A stretch of DNA of 64,000 bases from Octopus vulgaris (Eukaryota): assembly GCA_951406725.2 (NCBI GenBank), contig OX597822.1:89094001-89158000 (forward strand), given 5' to 3'. Each line of letters begins with the position of its first letter. Position 1 is the stretch's first letter. The position numbers and the translations under genes were made by a program. Below are positions 27,931-39,149 of the stretch, one piece after another. The notes beneath the pieces are model-generated. The model made no database searches. It was not told the DNA's origin and saw only the letters and a list, made by a program, of their open reading frames with translations.

Positions 27931-28173
27931 ATAAAGGAATAGGTAGAAATTTTGTATAGTCAGTTGTAAACCACAAGCTCACAAGAACAGTACAATCAAA
28001 AGCAGCACCCATTAAATACTTTCAAATGCTCAGAGTACCTCAGAAGTAGTTAATAGCTTCAGGTACCCAGTTGGTAATTAGTAAAGTATAGCAACTAGAG
28101 TATGCCTGAAATGAAAGATGTTACTTCTGCTTAGATCTTCAAAAGGATTCTGTCTCTGAGTGAAGGACAGCTT

Positions 28174-28470
28174 CATCATCATCATCGTTTAACATCCACT
28201 TTCCATGCTAGCATGGGTTGGATGATTTGACTGAGGACTGGCAAACCAGATGGCTGCACCAGGCTCCAATCTGATCTGGCAGAGTTTCTACAGCTGGATG
28301 CCCTTCCTAATGCCAACCACTCCGAGAGTGTAGTGGGTGCTTTTACGTGCCACTGGCACGAGGGCCAGTCAGGCAGTACTGTCAACAGCCATGCTCAAGT
28401 GGTGTTTTTTACGTGCCACCTGCATAGGAGCCAGTCCAGCGGCACTGGCAACGACCTCACTCGAATGTTT
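28174..28470 (-). mobile_element. Dispersed (GAT)n-tailed repeat matching the RTE 3' UTR
   Basis: Core ggatgcccttcctaatgccaaccactccgagagtgtagtgggtgc. Other copies near 27150-27390, 30121-30497, 40790-41000, 55494-55925, 59300-59555, 60986-61209. Confidence 0.88.
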
Positions 28471-29894
28471 TTCATGAAATGCTATGCTACACTGTAGCAA
28501 AACATAGACAATGAATGAGAAGGATGTACCAAGGAATGAGATGTGTATACTTTGATGGATATGTAATGTTAGCTTTATAGATAGAGCAGATAGAGCAGAA
28601 ATAGACTGACAGAAAAATTAGGTATGCCAAGATTCAGATATAGTGTACAAGAGAGTCAACTGACCTGGTATGGACATGTGATGTGTATAGAAGATGACAT
28701 TTGAGTGAAGAAGTGCCAAATAATCCAAGATGAAGGAATGCATAGAAGAAAAAGACCAAGGAAGACATGGGATAAAGTAGTGTAAACTGAACCCAGGAAG
28801 TTGAATGTAATGAAAAAAATGACTAAGGACCAAAACCAATGGTGACATAGTATGCAACCCATACAAACATGGGATAAAACTAGACACAACAATGATAACT
28901 ATGATGGTGAATTTGATGTTAATCATCACTACTGATGTTGTCATCATCATGTTACATCCCTTTCCATGATTAAAGGTGTTGTACCTGTGACCATCTCATC
29001 TTTTTGTATATCAGAAACTACATTATTTTCTTTTCTTTACAACTTTAGGATGTATAACCTGCTATTTCTGGCAGGTTAAATAATCACTCAGAGGTTCTCC
29101 TGTTGGCTCAGGAGAAGCTTTTGAGATTATCACTGTAAGCTGAAAAAACATTCAATGGTTATATGATGTCTTTACTAATTTTGTTTATGAACTGTACTTT
29201 GACACAGAACATATTTACAGCAGGTGGTCAAGGCAGATGATAGTGTCTTTGCCAAGGAGATTATACGATGATAGGGTAAAATCTGTTGACCATTAGATTA
29301 CAACAATGGCATCTTTTCCTTTCTATTTTCAATTTCTCTCTTCCATTTCCATATGCAGCAGACCAGAATGCAAGCATGACTATATGGTTAAGAAGTTTGC
29401 TTTGTGACTATATGGTCTTTGACATTTTGGTGATATATCTCCTACCATAGATTTTGGTTGACCAAAGTTTTGAAATTTGGATAACAGAAACTGTGTGAAA
29501 GGTCGTTATAATGACCATTCTTGTTCTTGAGTAGTAAACTTCACCTATCACCCAGTTTAACACCACCACCTGGCTACCTTTGGGGTCCTTTAGTGAAGTC
29601 CATTTTATTGGAAATATTCAGGCTATGTCTCTTGCCTATGGACAACATCACCCCTTTCTCTCACCAGTCTTGGATGACCTTTCTCACTTGATTAAGCCAT
29701 GAAAAAAAGCAACATAGTGCACTCTGTACTAAGCATAACATTTTTGCAATTGGTTCATTATGGATCTCTGGCTGCATGTCTCAAGTTTGATAAAGTAAAA
29801 TAAACAAAATGAAAAGAAAAAAAAACTGAAAAAGCTTCAATGAAGTTGATGAGTATTTATTTTTAAAATTAAGTGATTGCTCTTTTTATTCCAG

Positions 29895-30086
29895 TTGTCT
29901 CCAAATGAATTGATTGAGCTGGCTATTGTATGCGGCAATGATCTAACATCACATTATATGAGGAACAATCAAAAGTTATTGTATAAGCTGGATATCAGAG
30001 AGAAAAAAAACCAACTCGAAAATATTGTTGCTTGGGTGAAGTCATATAAAAGGATTGAAAATCACCCCCTCTTGGATAAAGAGATG
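29895..30086 (+). CDS. PIN-domain gene coding exon 2 (H3TH motif)
   Basis: ttccag acceptor, gtaagt donor, phase 0/0. LSPNELIELAIVCGNDLT...DKEM. Confidence 0.9.
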
Positions 30087-31445
30087 GTAAGTACATTGAA
30101 TATTTTACATTATGTTAATTTCATCATCATCATCATCATCATCATTTAATGTCTGTTGTCCATACTTGCATGGATTGGACTGGTTGACTGGGCTGGCACG
30201 CTGGAAGGCTGCACCAGACTCCAGTCTGATTTGGCATGGTTTTCTATGGCTGGATGCCCTTCCTAATGCCAACCACTTTGAGAGTGTAATGGGTGCTTTT
30301 ACGTTACACTGGCATGGGTGCCAGTTTGCATGACACTGGTATCTGCCATGACTGCGATTTTGATCAACTTGATGGGTCTTCTTCCCAAGCATAATATAAT
30401 GCCAAAGTTGGTCATTGCCTCCGTGAGACCCAACACTTGAAAGGAACTCAGCCACTTCACCTATGTATGGCCCAATGCTCGAAAGGAACTCAGTCAATTT
30501 ATTCTGTAATTTTGTATTTAGTTTTTCATACCAACATTAAATGGACCTGTTCATCATTGTCATCATTATGATTACTGTAACGTTTGATAGAGGTTATTGA
30601 GGCAGATTTTCTATGGTCAGATACCCTTCTTGTCACCAAACTTTACCTGTTTTCAAGCAAGGTAATATTTCCCCATGACAAGATATGTTTTTGCAGAATA
30701 TTGGAAATGAATGACATTTTATAGCAATCACATGATACGATGAAAAGGAGAAACAAATGTACATACCTATACATGCATACACACACACACACATACATAC
30801 ATACATGCATGCATGCACATGTGCACATATACCATGTGTATATAACTTGGTACCATGTGTTTGGGAATCAGACTTCTTAACCACACACCCATGTCTGCAC
30901 TTATATTGATGAAGGGCTTTGGTGCTGCTTACATGAGCCAATAAGTTATGATATATTACTATATGTTTTTACAATGGATTATAGCTCGTTGGTGGATTGG
31001 CAAATCTTTTGAGCTTCAGAGAATTCTTTACATTTTACATTTTTAAGTTTAAATTTACATTTTTAAGTTTAAATCCTGCCTTGTTGAACTTTGCTTTCCA
31101 TCCTGCAGGGGTTGATAAAATAATACAGTACTAATCATGGCAGGGAGAGAGCAAGAGAGTGGGGGCAGCAAACCAAACTGGAAGTTATGTTATGGACAGA
31201 CAGATTTCACAAAAAATTTCACAAAAAATTGTAATAATGATTTCACTGTACATTCATGTATTGAGTATTTTCATTAGTAAATGTTGTTATTCATTTATAA
31301 ACAATTCTAAGGTTAATATATGTGTTTGTATATGCATGTGTGTGTGTATACATACATACACATACACACGAATTTGTGTGTGTATGTGTAACTAATTAAA
31401 CAGACATAAATACAATAGAAAGTATCTTTTTATTTGTTTCTTTAG

Positions 31446-31781
31446 AGAAATAACAGCGAGTTTGCCGTTGCAGTCCAGCAGTCTAGAAGTTTCTATAAAC
31501 TGGAACTGGTTCAAGATTATGATGACAACAACAAAGGGTCTTTGACTGAATTAGTAACTGAAAGACTCAAGACAAAAACTCTTCATCCTAAAATGTTAGG
31601 TGCACATCATGGAATGTACTGGCAGAAGGTTCTTTTTGAAGATTTATATAATTATTGGCCTGGGATTGAAACATTACTCTCGAAACTAAGGTCTTGTATT
31701 TATCAAATATTACTGCCATTGAATGAAATGGCTGTTATAGACTATGGCTGGGATCAGTCTTTAACTATTATGCCACACTCT
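31446..31781 (+). CDS. PIN-domain gene coding exon 3
   Basis: ctttag / gtaagt; 336 nt open, phase 0/0. RNNSEFAVAVQQSRSFY...YWQKVLFED...LRSCIYQILL...MPHS. Confidence 0.88.
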
Positions 31782-32283
31782 GTAAGTTCTTTGACTTTGT
31801 TTCCATTGCTTATCTTCATCCTTAACATCATTGAAGGAACCTGTGTGTGTTTGTGTGCTTTATCTGCTTGAAACAGTAGTTAAATCTCCCTTAAATCACA
31901 CCTTGCATCTTAAATAAGAAAAGATATTAGATAGCATAGTCCCATAATTGTATATTCCATAAAAGTACTTTATGGCTATGGCTCAAGTGCTTTTGGCTGT
32001 AGATATCTGCTCAATCAGAGTTGGCCCAGATCTAAACAAGAGCATACAATCACTGCCTACAATTGCATCATTGAGACTGAGTTTCCTCTTCAGATATGTA
32101 CAGTAGCTGATTGTATACAAAATGCAAATGTGCACTATATTAGAGTACTGCACTTATATTTGATTGAGATAGTGCTGCTGGCCATGTTGCTCATACAATC
32201 TCATACAAATTGTATTAAAACAAAATCTTTTTGCCTTGCAAAAACAATATACTGTATATGAAGGAACCATGGTATGGTCTCTT

Positions 32284-32516
32284 AAGACGGCGAGGTAGCA
32301 AAAACGTTAGCATGCTGGGCGAAATGCTTAGCGATATTTCGTCTGCCGTTACGTTGTGAGTTCAAATTCCGCCGAGGTCGACTTTGCCTTTCATCCTTTC
32401 GGGGTCGATAAATTAAATACACGTTACGCACTGGGGTCGATGTAATCAACTTAGTACTTATGTCTGTCCTTGTTTGTCCCCTCTATGTTTAGCCGCTTGT
32501 GGGTAATAAAGAAATA
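32284..32516 (+). mobile_element. tRNA-derived SINE with 13-bp TSD
   Basis: TSD ggtatggtctctt at 32271-32283 and 32517-32529; same family as 21325. Confidence 0.9.
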
Positions 32517-32791
32517 GGTATGGTCTCTTGATCTGCTAACAATAGCAGCTAAATCTACCTGAATCACTTAACGAGTATACATTGGATAGTGTAGTCCTAA
32601 ATACACTATGTATAAGGGGAAAAAAGATGATATGGTTATGGCTAGAACATCTTTGATCACAAGTTTGTTTGATTAGGGTTAAATAATCTCATCATGTTAA
32701 ACTCATCACTTAGTCCACGTCAGTAATCATTGAAATTATTTTTGCTACACTTCCAATTCACAGTTTTTTTTCTGAATATTTGTTGTGTCAG

Positions 32792-32915
32792 GTTTCAGTT
32801 GCGAAATGGAAATGGTTGCCCCGATTTGAAGATATAAAGAAAGAAAATATTTCATCTAATTTGAAGATTTTTCATAAAATAATAACCCAACAAGAACCAG
32901 GCTGGAGAACACAAG
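32792..32915 (+). CDS. PIN-domain gene coding exon 4
   Basis: tgtcag / gtcagt; 124 nt, phase 0/1. VSVAKWKWLPRFEDIKKENISSNLKIFHKIITQQEPGWRTQ. Confidence 0.82.
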
Positions 32916-33849
32916 GTCAGTAACAGTATATATTTTTAGCAATATCATTGAAGTTTTATTTTTGCCAAATTTCCTTTAACAAATGAGAAAGCTAACAAAT
33001 TTATTTATTTTCTATTAATATATTTGAGAGTTGTAATCTATCACAGACACTCAGCTGTATTCTTGCTAAACACTCTTAGCTCTCTCTTTAGTTCAGTCTA
33101 TATATTTGTAAAAAGACAACATATAGAGATACGTAGACATAAAATGTTTGGGTGTCTATGGCATCGAGTTCAAGTCTGTATCAAGCATTTCATTGTGTTT
33201 TTAAGCACAATAATTTCTGGTACTTGTTTTATTGACCCTAAAAAGATAAAAAGCAAAGTTAGCTTGGCAAGACTTGAGTTCAAAACAGAGAGGAATAAAA
33301 CTATACACTGTTATGGATTTACTTTGTCATACTTCCAATCTCAGCAGTTTCCATCTGGTTTGTCATGAAAAATAGAAGAAACAGAAAAGCATTTTTATAT
33401 TTTAAAAGTAATATTCAGTTAATGTAAAAAAACACGGAAGAATGAAATTAGCTTCAGTTAGGTCACTAATGCCTATAAGAAAGTTAAGTATATGTAGGCT
33501 TGCTGTAATCTTCAAAGTTGAAACCAGGGCCAACAGGAGTGGAAACTGAGATAAAAGGAACTGAAACTGAGACCCATCTGAGTAATTTTAATCTTCTTTT
33601 CTTTTCCAATGTCTTCCTGTTTTTCTTCAAGCTTTCACAGCAAGGCCTTTGCATATTGAGGTCCAGATTCACAGTTTTTCTTCCTTTTTCTGTATTTGTA
33701 ATCAGGTTTTACATTTCTGGTTTTATACCTATTACATTTGCATTATCCTTCTCTTTGACTGCCATTGAATGAAATGGCTGTTATAGACTATGGCTGTGAA
33801 TTGTTTGTTAAAAAGGTAATACTGACCAGCCCACGAACAAACCATAAAT

Positions 33850-34240
33850 ACATTCCTCAAAAATCATTTCCCAAAAAGTTCCTTTAGCTGTGATACATGA
33901 ACTGTGTATATGTGAAAAACTTGAAAATTTTCACTGTAAATGCTTCAATATCAAATGGTTATATAACAACAGCTGTTTGGAGGAAATTGTACACAATGTG
34001 TGAACCACAGCCAATGCCAACAAGATGCTGTCCAAGTTTGGTTTTACATTGGGCAAAACTGTTGTTCTTGCCTTTTTGTTTCATGCCAACAAAATTTACA
34101 TTACAGTTATCTCAAAATCCAACAAGTCTTGACACCAATATGTGTTTGATGGTAACTGAGATTAAAACATCAGTCAAGATCTCAGCTATCTTACCTGGCT
34201 GCAGTCCCACTGGAAAGTGGTTTCTTGAGAAGCTTCTTCT
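33850..34240 (-). pseudogene. hAT-superfamily transposase fragment
   Basis: Minus strand reads DNCNVNFVG..GKNNSF...LVGIGCGSHIVYN...PFDIEAFTVKIFKFF, including a CxxH motif; contains stops. Confidence 0.7.
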
Positions 34241-35210
34241 AAAGCCTCAAGCCTCAAAACATTACTCTTTACTCTCTTACTTGTTTCAGTCATTTGACTG
34301 TGGCTATGCTAGAGCACTGCTTTTAGTCAAGCAAATTGACCCCAGGACTTATTCTTTGTAAGCCTAGTACTTGTTCTGTCGGTCTCTATTGCCGAACTGC
34401 AATTTAGAAAAGAGAGGAAAACATACACAGGTCTCTCCTTTCTTCATACATTAAAGACTAACTAACATCAAGGTATTGTGTCTTTGTCATCAATGCAGGT
34501 TAAAAATCATAAAAGAAAATTTTTCCAAATTTCGAAAAAACCAGGACAGAATCTCAAACTTTGCTGATTTGAGTTAAACTGAGATATATGGCAAGCCAAA
34601 CTATATGTCATTTCCTAAATTCATCTTCCCCTGAAGTAAATTTTGTAAACTGCTCATTAATGACTAATGCTGTTAAAGAATCATTTCTACTTTGAATATA
34701 AAAAGATACTTTGATCTGCATTGAATAATGTTACTAAATTTATTCATAGACAAGAAATAATTGATGGTTTGGCTATCAAACATTATTTCCTGTTGGATGA
34801 AGGATTGACAAATGAGGAATAAAACTTGTTTGGCTCTGTTTATTCCTCTTAGGATTTAGTTTCTTTGAAAATTCCCACTAAGAATTTTGTTACTGCTGTA
34901 TAGTAAGATACTGTGTTGCAAGCCTTTCCAATCTGAGAATTTGACATTAAAATGACATGTATATGTGCATGTATGAGCAACAGAGGGAAAGAGAGAGAGA
35001 GAGGACAAAAGATTGACAAATGAAGAATAAAACTTGTTTGGCTCTATTTATTCCTACTAAGATGCTGTGGTGCAAGCCTTTCAAATCTATGAGAGTTTGT
35101 GTGTGTGAGTGAGTGAGTGAGAGAGAGAGAGAGAGAATGTTCAAAATACTGGAAAATATTAACCATTTTGCATTTCTTAAAAGACTTATCTTGATTTCTT
35201 CATTTTTCAG

Positions 35211-35434
35211 ATTGGCCGCGTAATTACTTTATACGATATGGTCGACATAATGGGTTCATCTTTTACTGTCTACGGTATTTTCTCCTTCTCAATTGGCAGC
35301 ACAACTTGTTTATAACTGAAAGAGAGTTCATAACTTTGACATGCCTTCTTTTTACACACAAAGAAGAAAAACAGTACCAACATTATCCAATAACTCCACA
35401 TTCACGATGTGTCACCATTAATAATTGGATACAG
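35211..35434 (+). CDS. PIN-domain gene coding exon 5
   Basis: ttttcag acceptor, cag|gt donor; 224 nt, phase 1/0. (D)WPRNYFIRYGRHNGFIFYCLRYFLLLNW...RCVTINNWIQ. Confidence 0.85.
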
Positions 35435-35974
35435 GTTACATTGATTCACTTCTATTTTTGTTTGTTATATATTTATAAACTAAAACACAACTGAATATCC
35501 CATACACTTAGCTATAATTTATAGCTAAATACCATTAGGATGAACACCCCACTGGTGTAAGCAGTGTAGACGCTATTCTTCTTAGTTGGTTGAAATAGCT
35601 TTAAAGAAAGAACAAAAGTGCAATAGGAGAATTCTTTAAACTTCTTAGAGCCATGGAAGCTCTACTAAACTTTTCAAAACAGTCTACAATTTTGAAAGAG
35701 ACAGGTTGTGTATATAGGAATCAGTTTTAAAAGATCCTACTCAAATTAGATTCAATCACCTCCTTCTTTCCATATCCCAAATTCATCCATATCCCATCAA
35801 TTTACAAGATATTTTCTATCCCAGTTATGTATTTTTAGTATCACAACAAATGAATGCTGTCTTTAAATACCATCTTGCTTGGCAGTGTGACCAAAATGTT
35901 ATTAGGTAAAATAACTATTTCCTGTGTAAATGTTTCCTTTCTAACACATGGTTAATATCTAATCTTCACCTTAC

Positions 35975-36795
35975 TGATGCTGCCAGTAAGGTGAAGGTTG
36001 GCAATGAGTATAGCAATGAATTCAGTTTACAAGTAGGAGTTCATCAAGGCTCAGTTCTCAACCCTCTCCTGTTTATCTTAGTCCTCAGGCAATTCAAGAC
36101 CGGCTGTCCCTGGGAGTTCTTCTATGCTGATGACCATGTTTTTATAGCTGAATCACTACCTGACCTAGAGAAAAAATTTTAAGTGTGGAAACAAGGTCTG
36201 GAATCTAAGAGCCTTAGAGTTCATTTAGCAAAAACCAAACCAAAGTCCTAGTGAGTAGGGAAACAGACAAATCACAAGTCCCTTCTGGGAGATGGCCCTG
36301 TTCAATATGTAAGAAGGTTGTTGGTAGAAACTCCATACATTGTACCCAGTGCAAGGTTTGGACACATAAGAGGTGTAGTGGTATCACACGAAGGTTAACG
36401 GAGGATATAGTCTTTGTGTATGGCACATGTGCAGGTACAGTAAGTGCTAAAAATGCACAGACAATAGGCTCCCTCAAATACTTGGTGGGATTTTTAGAAA
36501 TAGTTGATAGCTTCTGTTACCTAGGAGACCAAGTTAGCAGTGGTAGAGGAAGTTTGGAAAGTGTAGTTACTAGAATAAGAATGGCCTGAGCAAAGTTCAG
36601 AGAGCTTCTGCCTTTGTTAGTAATTGAGAGTGAAAGGCAGGTTGTATGATGCCTGTATATGGTCAGCTATATTACATGGCAGTGAAACATGGACTTGCGA
36701 AGGCTTAGAAATGAAGCTAGCATGCTCCACTGGATGGGTAATGTCTGTGCATGCATGACAGATTTAAGAGGAAAATAGGATATAAGAGGCATCAG
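35975..36795 (+). mobile_element. RTE LINE RT fragment
   Basis: VGVHQGSVLNPLLF, FFYADD, WPCSICKK, FCYLGD. Confidence 0.9.
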
Positions 36796-37405
36796 ATTTT
36801 TTAGAAATTTCTGTCAGCTTGCTTTTGAGACGCGTGCTTATAGTGATAAATTATATAGTTATTGACGATTAAGTCTATTTCAGCATATTTGGCATTGAAA
36901 TTTTTTTCTTGTGCCCTTGTTTATAAGTTGTTTATAAATTTAACCTTTAATGGTATTTTTTTAATATGCTGGCCATTGATAAAATTTTTTCGAAAATTTT
37001 ATCCTATATTAGATGTGAATTTAATACTATTCACTTCCGGACTCTTTCTATGAGAATTTTCAGTCCGATCACACGTGTCTCGAGGTATGGTGTGGAATTT
37101 CTATTTTGGATATATTTGGGGTACTTAAGTGTGTTCATGACTTAGTGTTTACTTCTTCCATGGGTACAAGTAAGTATTTCATTTATTTTCTTATCATATT
37201 TATCGCTGATGACAAGAAAATTCTAAATGAATTAACTCAGAAATTGAGACCAATCTGATAATAACAAAATTTTTTAGAAATTTCTATCGGCTTGCTTTTG
37301 AGACGTGTGCTTATAGTGATAAATTATATGGTTATTGATGATTAAGTCTATTTCAGCATATTTGGCATTGAAATTTTTTTCTTTTGCCCTTGTTTATAAG
37401 TTGTT

Positions 37406-37409
<4 letters not shown>
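36796..37409 (+). mobile_element. Partial tandem (473-bp period) Penelope-pLTR/retrozyme-like element
   Basis: ~140-bp direct repeats at 36796-36936 and 37269-37409; hammerhead just before the second copy; ends in (TA)n. Confidence 0.8.
37201..37260 (+). ncRNA. Type I hammerhead with eroded stem II
   Basis: tatcg-CTGATGA-caag..aattc taaat gaatt..ctca-GAAA-ttg-agac-caa-TC-tgata. Confidence 0.7.
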
Positions 37410-37465
<56 letters not shown>

Positions 37466-37569
37466 CAAAATGGGACAAGAATGCAAAACATCCGGACAAC
37501 TAAGTGATACAAAAAGGGACAACAAAACATCCAGATAGACGATACAAAAAACACGGACAGGTCATTCAA

Positions 37570-37635
37570 AGCCTTTAATCTTCAGTCAAGAACTGGATCA
37601 TCCTCGCAATTTCGGCTGATTAATCTTGAGATTGC
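37570..37635 (-). ncRNA. Candidate permuted/pseudoknotted hammerhead
   Basis: Minus strand: gcaa-TC-tcaaga-ttaatc-agcc-GAAA-ttgc-(14 nt)-tcttga-CTGAAGA-ttaaa-ggct. Stems I, II and III pair perfectly. Confidence 0.6.
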
Positions 37636-37733
37636 TCCAATCTGACCAGCCCCAAGGGAAAACTAAGCTAAGAGGTTATACATACATACATACATACATA
37701 CATACATAAATATAAGTATACATACACCCTATG

Positions 37734-37764
<31 letters not shown>

Positions 37765-38028
37765 AAACACCAGATTCGCTCCCATTGCATTCCATATTTG
37801 TTTTTGTCAAAAATTTAGGGTTGTCTTCCTTCTTCCTTGCTCTTTCTTTTTAACTACAATTAATCATTTTGATAATTCCACTCATCACTGTAATTTTTGA
37901 TTACTTAAGATTTTAGACGTTAATACATCATCAAGTATGCTAAGGTTTACTTGACTATTTTCCCCTTGTCGTTCTCTCACACGCACATAACATGCACATA
38001 TATTTATTATCTATTTGATATATTTCAG

Positions 38029-38155
38029 GATATTTTCCATCATGCCTATGGATACCTTGGAACGTTGCTCTTTCTAACAGAAGAATTTCCTAAACCTGCT
38101 AGTCTCTTTTCTGGCTCCACTTGGGTTGTTTATTATTGGTGTTTCTGTTTAGAAA
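38029..38155 (+). CDS. PIN-domain gene coding exon 6
   Basis: tttcag / gtaagt; 127 nt, phase 0/1. DIFHHAYGYLGTLLFLTEEFPKPASLFSGSTWVVYYWCFCLE. Confidence 0.87.
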
Positions 38156-39149
38156 GTAAGTACCCACCTAATCACCAGTTACCTTTGCAGAGCTGGGAGA
38201 ATTGTTATTATACCAGACAAAATACTTAGTAGCATTTCTTCTGCTCTTTATATTTTCAGTTCAAATTCTGCTGAGATCAACTTTGCCTTTCATTCTTTTG
38301 GGGTCAATAAAATGAAGTATCATTCAAGTACTGGGATTGATGTAGTCAACCAACCCCTTCTAGCTAAAATTGCTGGCATTGTGCTAAAATTTTGAAAACA
38401 GCAACACTATTAGTATTGTTTTGCAAAGAACAAGAATACGATGTGTTAGATTTTCTATGCTAATATGTATAATATGCAGCCAGGATTTTGAATCAACCCA
38501 ACTGAAACTGTCAGCAGCAAGAGCACTGATAGTCTTTTACTACTTTCAGTCATTGGACTGTTCCCTACCACCAGGATTTATTTTAATCTGGTATTTAATT
38601 CATTGAATAGTTAAATCACTTCAATTATTCAATATATGAAGGGACACAACTCATTTTACAACTCTGTACAATACAAAACCACAACATATTAAAATATAAA
38701 CACACACACACATATGTATTTGATAGGCTTTCTTTATATGATCGGTTTCTACACAGGTTCATCTACCAAATTGCACTGCAGGCAGAACTGAAGTAGCTGT
38801 AGAAGATGCTTAGCCCAAGGAATTGAATCTGAAACTTGATTGTGAACCTAACTTCTTAATCACACAGCTATATGTGGATCGTAATAATAATAAGAGTAAT
38901 ACTAATGGTTTTAAATTTTGGCAGAAGGCCAGCAATTTTAGAGGGAGGGAGTGAGCCTATTACAATGACCCAAGTGTGACTTATTTTGTTGACCCTAAAA
39001 GAATGAAAAGTCAAGTTGATCTCAGCAGTGTTTGAACTCAGAATGAATGAATCAGAAGAAATACCACTAGTCATATTATCCAATGTTCTAACGGTTCTGA
39101 TAATGACAACAACAACAATACCCCATGGCCAAGAAGTACTGGGCTGGCA

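Noticed and set aside
34800-35100. Local duplication (another at 43047-43145)
   Set aside because: Ordinary short intronic duplications with no further structure.
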